Source of the DNA: an uncultured Candidatus Saccharibacteria bacterium
Lineage (GTDB): Bacteria > Patescibacteriota > Doudnabacteria > UBA920
DNA: 64,000 nt
Assembly (NCBI GenBank): GCA_964474825.1
Contig: CAYYWQ010000001.1
Span: forward strand, 421,609 to 485,608
Direction of reading: 5' to 3'
This document shows, piece after piece, positions 57,159 through 64,000 of this stretch (within the stretch, counting starts at the first letter, position 1; each line of letters begins with the position of its first letter). Below the pieces are notes generated by a model. It made no database searches and had not been told where the DNA came from. It saw only the letters and a program-made list of their open reading frames with translations. The position numbers were made by a program, and so were the translations under genes.

Positions 57159-58829
57159 TTATCTGATATAAGCTTCTCCCTTGGCAAACCCTGCCAAGTC
57201 CTCGCGGCTAACATAAAAAATTGGAAAAACATTGAGACCGCGCTCTTTATAAAACTGGGAACTAATGGGGTGAAGCGTTTCACCAACTACCCAATATAGC
57301 GTACGGTCTTTCGCGGTCCTGACTATTGTTCCTTCTGCTGGAGCGAGCAGGCTTCCCGTCATCCAGGTATTAACTTCTGAGTCAGCCAAAGTTACTACAT
57401 TGTTAAAATTGAATTTTCTCTGCAAAAATACTTGAAATGTTAGGGGAAATTTTTGTCCGCGTTGTATTATATAAACAACTGGAGAAGAAGAAGTTTTTAC
57501 CAAAGTGCCATCTTGTGGTGTAGCACTTGGACCTTCTATAAACTCGTTTAGCTGAGTAGGGGTAACCAGCCGGGGCAAGATTATGGAAAATCTTTGCTGA
57601 ATCACGAACTGGGAAACAGGGCGTTTTTGATTTCCTACAAGCTGGTAAATTTGTGAACCCGGAGCCAAAGTAATTAAATCTCCTTCTTTTAAGGGGGCGG
57701 GGCTTAACGCTTTGTCTGTGGCAGTCCTAAGGTTTATTTGCCCTGAACCAAGCTTGGTGCGGCAGGACTGGCCGGCGCATTGAGACAAATTAAGATCATC
57801 TACCGAATCTGTGGTGGACAGTATCTGATCGCGAATTTGTACATTAGTCGCGTCGGGATTTAAAGCCCTAATTAACGCTGCCTCGCCCACCACGAAAGGT
57901 ACGGCAACCGAAGTGCCGGAAACATAGATGTATGCGTTAGGTGTAAAAGCTTTGGTAACTGGATCATGGTTAATTGTTGTAAGAATATGTTTTCCAGGCG
58001 CGGCTACATCCACGCAACCGGAACCGTAATTGGAAAAAATAGGCTTAAGGCCATTTTGGTCCAACGCAGTAACTCCCAAAATCATATTGGAACCGTTGTC
58101 CTCACAAACCGGATAAAGCGGATTAGTGTCCAAATTGTCGCCTGAATTCGCGGTGTCATTGCCAGCGGCCGCTACAATTAAAACGCCCTTGTTAAAAGCA
58201 TAAGAAACCGAAGTAGAAAGAGTGGAATCATGGGCCGCTGCTATGCCGCCCAAACTTAAGTTAATAAAATTTGCGCCGTGGTCAGTTGCCCATGTTATTG
58301 CCTGTGCAACCGTATTACTGGTTCCTTTGCCGCTTGAATCCAAAGCTTTAAGGGGCATAATAGAAATTGCCCAGTTAGTACCTACAACACCTATGCCGTT
58401 GTTCGCCGAAGCGCCCAAAATACCGGCAACCACTGTTCCATGGCCGTTGTCATCCGAATTAATCCGTCCGCTTATGGGTTGATTGTTTACAAAATCATAG
58501 CCGTCTACTAACCTTAAATTTTGTAAGTCCTCATGGGTCGCATCCAAGCCTGTGTCTATTATTGCGACTATGTTTGAAGAACTTCCGGTGGTTTTAGCCC
58601 AGGCATAGTCAAAACCTGCCGCGGGAATAGCCCACTGCTTGTCTATATTTAAAGGATTCTGGGTAAAGCCGGGATCGTTAGCGGTCAAAGTTTGTGTGGA
58701 AATTCCGTAAACCTGCCCGCCCAAAGCAAAAGCCGTCCCGGGAAAAAAAGACGAGAAAAAGACAACTGACAGCAGGAGAGCGGTCAGCAGTTTTATATTT
58801 TTCCCATTATAATTTAATAATCTAAACAT
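57159..58829 (-). CDS. Subtilisin-like serine protease (S8) with C-terminal repeat domain
   Basis: Catalytic triad motifs IVAIIDTGLD (Asp), NGHGTVVAGI (His) and GTSVAVPFVVGEAAL (Ser); signal peptide. Three C-terminal repeats homologous to those of the upstream neighbour. Confidence 0.85.
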   Translation of the reverse strand: MFRLLNYNGKNIKLLTALLLSVVFFSSFFPGTAFALGGQVYGISTQTLTANDPGFTQNPLNIDKQWAIPAAGFDYAWAKTTGSSSNIVAIIDTGLDATHEDLQNLRLVDGYDFVNNQPISGRINSDDNGHGTVVAGILGASANNGIGVVGTNWAISIMPLKALDSSGKGTSNTVAQAITWATDHGANFINLSLGGIAAAHDSTLSTSVSYAFNKGVLIVAAAGNDTANSGDNLDTNPLYPVCEDNGSNMILGVTALDQNGLKPIFSNYGSGCVDVAAPGKHILTTINHDPVTKAFTPNAYIYVSGTSVAVPFVVGEAALIRALNPDATNVQIRDQILSTTDSVDDLNLSQCAGQSCRTKLGSGQINLRTATDKALSPAPLKEGDLITLAPGSQIYQLVGNQKRPVSQFVIQQRFSIILPRLVTPTQLNEFIEGPSATPQDGTLVKTSSSPVVYIIQRGQKFPLTFQVFLQRKFNFNNVVTLADSEVNTWMTGSLLAPAEGTIVRTAKDRTLYWVVGETLHPISSQFYKERGLNVFPIFYVSREDLAGFAKGEAYIR

Positions 58830-58843
58830 TAAAAAATTTATTG

Positions 58844-59566
58844 CTATCTATATTTGCCGGTCCACAAATACCAGCGCACTCTAAGGAGGTCTTTAAATAC
58901 TTCTATATAACTACCCAAACTTACAGTGGAATCCCCGGCATTGTTCCATACCACTGGCAGTTCCTTAATTTTAAATTTAAATTTTGTAGCTTCGGCCAGA
59001 ATTTCTATATCAAAACCAAAACGGTCAATTTGGGCTTTGGAAAAAATAGCCTGCGCGGCTTTGGCAGAAAACATTTTAAAACCGCGCTGTGTGTCGTGAA
59101 TACCCCAAAGGCCGGCGACAATGCGGATTAAATATTTTGACCAATGTCCCAAGGCGCGGCGGTACCACTGGGCATGTTCGTGAATTTGAGCACCTTCGAC
59201 TTCAATAGAGCCTATAATTACTTCGTAGCCCTGTTCCGCATAAGGCCAAAATTTTTCCACTTCCTCAATGGAAGTAGAATTATCCGCGTCCATAAAAAGG
59301 CGATACTCCCCTTGTGCCTCAAGCATTCCTTGACGGACTACCCAACCCTTTCCGTGATTTTTTTCATTGTTAACAACGCGCAAATTTGGGACTAAAGATT
59401 TAAAACCCTCAGCCACAGCCGCGGTATTGTCAGGGGAACCGTCCACACAAACTAAAACTTCGGAATTGAAACCCTGCTTAGATAAATACGCCGCTAAGAC
59501 CTTAAGTGTTTCACCTATTCTTTTTTCTTCTTTATATGCGGGAATAATTACCGAAAGTTTTGTCAT
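58844..59566 (-). CDS. Glycosyltransferase family 2, polyprenyl-phosphate sugar synthase-like (DPM1/GtrB type)
   Basis: LSVIIPAYKEEKRIGETL...VCVDGSPDNT...FMDADNS motifs; 240 aa. Confidence 0.75.
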   Translation of the reverse strand: MTKLSVIIPAYKEEKRIGETLKVLAAYLSKQGFNSEVLVCVDGSPDNTAAVAEGFKSLVPNLRVVNNEKNHGKGWVVRQGMLEAQGEYRLFMDADNSTSIEEVEKFWPYAEQGYEVIIGSIEVEGAQIHEHAQWYRRALGHWSKYLIRIVAGLWGIHDTQRGFKMFSAKAAQAIFSKAQIDRFGFDIEILAEATKFKFKIKELPVVWNNAGDSTVSLGSYIEVFKDLLRVRWYLWTGKYR

Positions 59567-59710
59567 ATTTTTTTCAGGTCGAACCTAACTATTTAATAGC
59601 GCTCTAATTATAACACAAAGGCTGATTTATGGGCATTATTTCACTATATTTAATAAGACGTTTTGCGGCGTGAGATGTTACTAAAAACCCCCGCCTAGGC
59701 GGGGGCAAAC

Positions 59711-60874
59711 TTAGATTTTATGCTTTAAAATCTGGTTCCAGCTAGTATTAATTATGGTGTTTATATCACTGTGCTGAGGATGAAATCCTAAGACGGAAGC
59801 AATCTTACGGCTGTCAGCTACGGTGGCAGGGGCATCACCCGGACGGCGTGGACCCATTTCCATGGGAATAATGCGGTTTAAAATTTCCGCTGCGGTGTTA
59901 ATTATTTGCAAAACGCTCAAGCCTTTTCCCGTGCCAATGTTGAAAATATTAAACCCACTTAAATTTTCCATTTTCTCCAAAGCTAAAACATGGGCTGCGG
60001 CTATGTCTAAAACATGGACATAATCCCTAACACAGGTGCCATCAAAAGTTTCGTAGTCATTACCATTAATTAACAACTGTGGCCTTTGTGCGTCTGCAAC
60101 TTCCAGAACAATTGGGATTAAGTGACTGTGATGAGTTGGGGCAATTGCTCCGTCGTAATCGCAACCGCAGGCATTAAAGTAGCGGAAGGCAATGCCTGTA
60201 AATCCGGCGGAGTTACAAAAATATTCAATTAGCTGTTCTCCTAAGAGTTTGTTGGCGCCGTAAGGATTGTTTGGTTTGGGTTCGGCTGACTCGTTAATGG
60301 GCACAATTTGCTGTTCCCCATAAACCGCGGCGGAAGAAGAAAAAATAATTTTTTTAACATTAGCTTCATTCATTGCCAAAAGAAGCTTGGCAGTATTTAA
60401 AACATTATTCTCAAAATATTTTTCTGGCTGTAAAACAGACTCCTCAACCTCAATGCTAGCCGCCATATGGAACACGGCGTCAAATTTACTTCCGGCAAAC
60501 AAATCCCGCATTAAATTTACGTCAGCCAAATCCCCTTCCAAAAAAGTTGCTTCTGCAGGAACATTTTCCCTTTTGCCTGTGGAGAGGTTATCTATAATAG
60601 TAACTTTGTTGCCAGCGGCCAAAAGCTGGCGCACCAAATGCGAACCAATGTAACCAGCGCCGCCGGTTACCAAAACCTGGGTATTAGCTTTTTTTTCGGA
60701 AGCACGGCTTTTAGTTGCTGTTTGTGTGGAGACCATACCAGTATTATTAAGCAATTCGTTATATTTATCAACTGTCAAAACCACAGCCGCGGGTTTGCTG
60801 TTTAAATTCAAAAGCATTCCCCCGCCGCGGTTATTGGCCTCGCTGATTAGTTGCTCTAAATAGTGGTTGTCCAT
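59711..60874 (-). CDS. galE: UDP-glucose 4-epimerase (NAD-dependent SDR) with ~46-aa N-terminal extension
   Basis: VLVTGGAGYIGSHLVRQLL Rossmann motif and YxxxK region. The extension MDNHYLEQLISEANNRGGGMLLNLNSKPAAVVLTVDKYNELLNN precedes the canonical start. Confidence 0.8.
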   Translation of the reverse strand: MDNHYLEQLISEANNRGGGMLLNLNSKPAAVVLTVDKYNELLNNTGMVSTQTATKSRASEKKANTQVLVTGGAGYIGSHLVRQLLAAGNKVTIIDNLSTGKRENVPAEATFLEGDLADVNLMRDLFAGSKFDAVFHMAASIEVEESVLQPEKYFENNVLNTAKLLLAMNEANVKKIIFSSSAAVYGEQQIVPINESAEPKPNNPYGANKLLGEQLIEYFCNSAGFTGIAFRYFNACGCDYDGAIAPTHHSHLIPIVLEVADAQRPQLLINGNDYETFDGTCVRDYVHVLDIAAAHVLALEKMENLSGFNIFNIGTGKGLSVLQIINTAAEILNRIIPMEMGPRRPGDAPATVADSRKIASVLGFHPQHSDINTIINTSWNQILKHKI

Positions 60875-61062
60875 AAAACCTAATAAAAAATAAAAAACAG
60901 TCTAAAAAAGTTAGCTGTTTTTGTTTTGGTTTTTCCACAGTTGTTAAATATATAATAACACCTAAAACAAATAATGCAAATTGAACCTTAAATAATGTAT
61001 AAAAAAACTGAAAGCGCCGTTTCCCACCAATATTCCGGTGAGGCGTGCGCTTCCAAAGCTGT

Positions 61063-62184
61063 CTACTGTTCGCTATACCGGACGCGTGAGTCGCCCTTCC
61101 GGAACAGCCAGTAAACTGTAATGTGGCCGTTCTTTTTCCACGAGAACCTCAGGTCATCAGCCCCCCGACTAACGAGGCAATCCGGCGGGCTGTAAGGCAG
61201 CCGGATGGCAGTCTTGCGGGTATGGAGGGAGGCGTATTCCGGCCCCTGCGTAGCCAGCATTACGAGCTGGCCGACAACCTGTTCCTGTTCCTCTACGCGC
61301 AAGCCTTCCAGGGCTTTGAGGAACTGGTCGCGATACTCGATCACACCCTTATCGTTAAGCCAAGTGAAACTGGTCGGCAGCCTGACTATCAACTCTGCGG
61401 TTTTATCTTGTCTGCCGCGTACTTCCCGGAGTTTCTGGACAATAATAGTAAGTTGCGGAATTTCCGGATGCTGCTCGGCAATGGTTTCCAGGGTATCGGC
61501 GTGAGCGGAAGACTGGGCCTTGCGCACTGCTTCGCGCAATTCCCGGACCTTATTCTCGAAGGTTGTAAGTTCCGACTCCACCAGCTCAATGTATCGCTGG
61601 TCGTCGGCCGCGCGGTTCTTGAGCGGCTCAGCTTCCACGGTCAGGCGTGTGACTTCACACTTCAGCGCTTCGTTCTCGGCTAGCATGTCCTCCAATCCGC
61701 TAACCAGCTCGCTGAAAGTTGCTAGTACGTTTTGACCCGCCTGAAAATCGGCGAGCTTAAGTCTGGGGGGCGTCACTGGAACCGTAACCACCTCTTCCTC
61801 CTCGGCGTCAGCCTCCTCTTTGGGAGATCCGTAGCCGAGTTGTTCCCAGCTCAGAATACCATCCTTCCTCAGACAATTGAGACCCACTACTGCCGACGGA
61901 GAATTAACTCCGGCCAGACGCTCCTTTTCAGTCTCGTTTGTAGCGACCAACCAGAGATAGGCGGTTCGGAGAAGCACCTTGTCTGCTTGATAGGTGCTCT
62001 TAGTGATTTCGATTTTGTCTTCTGACAGCTTGGCGACAACCTGCTGAAGCGTTTCCTCATCCGCAAACTTCCGGACCTTATAGTTGTCTTGCATAAACTG
62101 TGCGACAACTTCGCGGCGGCGGTAAATTTCGGGCGAGGTTTGTTGCTTATACGTTGGTGACTTTTCTAAAAAATAAACGGCCAT
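61063..62184 (-). CDS. Hypothetical coiled-coil protein encoded in a GC-rich island
   Basis: Start at MAVYFLEKS, preceded by a perfect AGGAGG SD 6 nt upstream. Central acidic/coiled-coil region. GC content clearly above the flanks. No family recognised. Confidence 0.4.
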   Translation of the reverse strand: MAVYFLEKSPTYKQQTSPEIYRRREVVAQFMQDNYKVRKFADEETLQQVVAKLSEDKIEITKSTYQADKVLLRTAYLWLVATNETEKERLAGVNSPSAVVGLNCLRKDGILSWEQLGYGSPKEEADAEEEEVVTVPVTPPRLKLADFQAGQNVLATFSELVSGLEDMLAENEALKCEVTRLTVEAEPLKNRAADDQRYIELVESELTTFENKVRELREAVRKAQSSAHADTLETIAEQHPEIPQLTIIVQKLREVRGRQDKTAELIVRLPTSFTWLNDKGVIEYRDQFLKALEGLRVEEQEQVVGQLVMLATQGPEYASLHTRKTAIRLPYSPPDCLVSRGADDLRFSWKKNGHITVYWLFRKGDSRVRYSEQ

Positions 62185-62302
62185 AAGCCTCCTTGTGGCT
62201 TGTATTGATTCGTCTTTCTTTTGGAATGACCCAAAAGAAAGACATTTGAGTATATCAAAAAATAGCGGAAAAGTCCATACCATTAACAAAAAAGAACCCT
62301 GT

Positions 62303-62339
62303 CGCCAACCGGCGGTAGGGCTCTTTTTAAATTTGATTT
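62303..62339 (-). terminator. Rho-independent terminator after the adhesin gene
   Basis: AGAACCCT-16 nt loop-AGGGCTCT followed by TTTTT (reads the same way on the minus strand). Confidence 0.5.
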
Positions 62340-64000
62340 TTAGGTAAAGATTAGCTTGGAAAGCATTCCAAAGTATTTGCGCTTTTTGGCAAGGGCGTAA
62401 GCTCCGGCCATAAAGCCTGCAAACACAAAGGCATTGGTTTCGGCACCGGTTTTCGGAGCAACAAAGGCACCGGCCACTTGTGGAGTATTTATATTAATAA
62501 CAATGGTATTACCATAAGTATTAGTCATGGTGTAGTTTAAATTGCTGGCTAAGAAATACTTAACACGAACACGAAAGCTCTTACTGACGCTGCCGCCGGC
62601 AGGAACAGTAATGGCCGGATAGCTAATTACATTGCCACTTACACTACCACCACCGTTATCCATTACATCAGCATAAGGCAAAACCTGGGACAAGTCGTCT
62701 GTAATAACAAAGTTAGTCGCGGGTTGGTTGCCGTTATTGCTAACGGTCAAGGTGTAAGTTATGTAGTCTTCTTTGGAAGCAGGTTGGGATGTTGCGTTAA
62801 TATTCTTGGTATCGTTCCTGGCGCTCTTGCTATAAATCAAATTAACATTACCGCCTAAGACACTGCCGCTTACAAACACCCAAGCGTCGTCTTGCCTGGA
62901 AGGTACGCCGTCGCCGTAAACACTGGCAACATTTTGCACGCTGGTACCACTATTCGCTACCACACGGGCCTGGAAAGTTACAGTAACGCTTTGTCCGGTA
63001 CCCAATGTACCAAGGTTAAAGTTATTACCAAACCAGTTATTGTTGTAGTTGTTGTAATTATTATTGTAGTTGCCGCCGCTAACCTGGGTTGTACCGGCAA
63101 TCCACTGGAGACCGCTAACGCTGTTGTCGGTTAAGACCACATTGTTTACAGGCTGGTTTCCGGTATTGGTTACAACAACCTGGAATTGCACTGTGTCACC
63201 ATTATTAGCGCTCACTGTTTTTTGGAAGGAGCTGTTACCATTTAGATTTCTTACCTGCTTTGTTATGTTTAACTGCAAGTATTGATTAGAAGGAATTGGG
63301 TTAGTGTAGGGGTTGCTGGTGCTGGTGTAGTAGTACGCGGTGTTACAGGAGTTGTTAACACAATTGTTGTTAGTCTGAGTAACAGTGTTGTTGTTGCCGT
63401 TAATGTTGGACTGGTTGTTCTGGTTGGCGCTGTTGTTGCCGGTGCTGGTCTGGTTGTTATTGTTCGTGTTGTGATTGCACGAAGCATCGCTGTTGTTACA
63501 GTTGCCTCCGGAAGTGCTGCCGGGAGTGCCATTAACTACAACATTACAGTGCACACTCTGGCCGGCGCCATCGGTTAAAGTCACCACACGCGTTACGGAA
63601 GCTGTGCCTGAGTTGGTATAGACGGGATTATAATTAGAACCACTGCCTGTGGAAGGCGAACCGTCCCCGTTCCAATTATAAGGAGCGCTGCCGCCGCTGG
63701 CAGAAAAGCCTGCGGCCGAACCCGAACTTATGCTTGGGTTAGCAACGGTACACACCAACTGGCCAGGGTTGGCCGGAGTGGTCACGGAGATTGTTGCCAA
63801 AAACGTACCGCAAGTGGTGTCGTAAAGTTTAAAAATATAAGCGCTGCCAGCTTGCAGACCGGAGATTGTAAAGTTGTCGGAAGATGTAGTGGTTATAGTA
63901 GTTTCCGATGTAGAGCCAGGATTAATCTGGACCAAACGGAACGGATGGCTGCCAGAAGAGAACGTCCAGCGGAGTGTGGTGGAATAAGTGCTACCAGATT
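62340..64000 (-). CDS. Large N/T/S/G-rich surface protein with DUF11-like repeat region and sortase-type C-terminal sorting signal (5' end outside window)
   Basis: The reading frame stays open to the window edge (the TTG at 63935 is internal). Low-complexity Asn/Thr tracts. C-terminus APKTGAE + hydrophobic helix + KKRKYF matches an LPxTG-like sorting signal. Confidence 0.65.
   Translation of the reverse strand, partial: SGSTYSTTLRWTFSSGSHPFRLVQINPGSTSETTITTTSSDNFTISGLQAGSAYIFKLYDTTCGTFLATISVTTPANPGQLVCTVANPSISSGSAAGFSASGGSAPYNWNGDGSPSTGSGSNYNPVYTNSGTASVTRVVTLTDGAGQSVHCNVVVNGTPGSTSGGNCNNSDASCNHNTNNNNQTSTGNNSANQNNQSNINGNNNTVTQTNNNCVNNSCNTAYYYTSTSNPYTNPIPSNQYLQLNITKQVRNLNGNSSFQKTVSANNGDTVQFQVVVTNTGNQPVNNVVLTDNSVSGLQWIAGTTQVSGGNYNNNYNNYNNNWFGNNFNLGTLGTGQSVTVTFQARVVANSGTSVQNVASVYGDGVPSRQDDAWVFVSGSVLGGNVNLIYSKSARNDTKNINATSQPASKEDYITYTLTVSNNGNQPATNFVITDDLSQVLPYADVMDNGGGSVSGNVISYPAITVPAGGSVSKSFRVRVKYFLASNLNYTMTNTYGNTIVININTPQVAGAFVAPKTGAETNAFVFAGFMAGAYALAKKRKYFGMLSKLIFT

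Noticed and set aside
61123-62108. Several ORFs on both strands inside GC-rich island 2
   Set aside because: They overlap the RBS-supported 373-aa gene, which is the only one with a Shine-Dalgarno and coherent domain structure.
62892-63578. ORFs with T/V/A-rich translations antisense or out of frame within the adhesin gene
   Set aside because: Artefacts of the low-complexity Asn/Thr codon repeats (AAC/ACC and their complements).
1-64000. Searched for CRISPR arrays, rRNA genes, tRNA genes, transposase/integrase genes and phage structural genes
   Set aside because: No direct-repeat/spacer arrays, no rRNA-like conserved blocks, no cloverleaf-compatible tRNA candidates in intergenic gaps, and no transposase or integrase motifs were found by eye. 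A tRNA cannot be fully excluded without a covariance search.

Overview
The window is AT-rich (roughly 35-40% GC by eye) and gene-dense, with nearly every gene on the minus strand. Its content and architecture look typical of a reduced-genome Gram-positive-like bacterium of the CPR/Patescibacteria type. Hallmarks are lysine-rich N-terminal extensions on ribosomal proteins S9 and S11, a short alaS, a compact rnpB, many glycosyltransferases, and a sortase-type surface protein. Core content: a partial dcw cell-wall cluster (ftsW-murD-[amidohydrolase]-mraY-dacA-like, and murB-murC-[patatin]-murG), trxA, secDF, secA, pepN, tsaC, pgeF, and a ribosomal/RNAP operon tail (infA-rpmJ-rpsM-rpsK-rpsD-rpoA-rplQ / rplM-rpsI). 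It also holds rnpB (RNase P RNA, found by its conserved motifs), hpf, alaS, pgi, ctpA, and two large envelope-glycan loci (GT4/GT2 transferases, WbaP-like priming transferase, Wzy-like ligase, Wzx flippase, cytidylyltransferase, galE). Secreted proteins include an S8 protease, a DKNYY-repeat protein, a SIMPL protein, and a large N/T/S-rich adhesin with a PKTG sorting signal. Non-routine items: (1) a three-gene operon encoding a sigma70-region4/HARE-HTH-like DNA-binding protein, a membrane-anchored protein, and a soluble TraG/VirD4/HerA-superfamily ATPase with a long disordered P/Q/H-rich tail; (2) two sharply GC-rich islands (about 22.85-24.75 kb and 61.0-62.3 kb) in an otherwise AT-rich sequence, the first carrying a DAHP synthase (type I-beta with N-terminal regulatory domain); (3) a near-consensus promoter, an aromatic-rich leader peptide ([28 protein letters not shown]) and an intrinsic terminator immediately upstream of the DAHP synthase, i.e. 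a candidate ribosome-mediated attenuator; (4) a TrpR-like (YerC/YecD) gene preceded by a perfect 20-bp palindrome with an ACTAGT core; (5) a roughly 60-aa repeat module shared by the C-termini of the S8 protease and its neighbouring secreted protein; (6) assorted regulatory hairpins, a duplicated terminator element, and an infA lacking an in-frame canonical start next to an A7 homopolymer. No CRISPR arrays, rRNA, tRNA or obvious transposases were seen.
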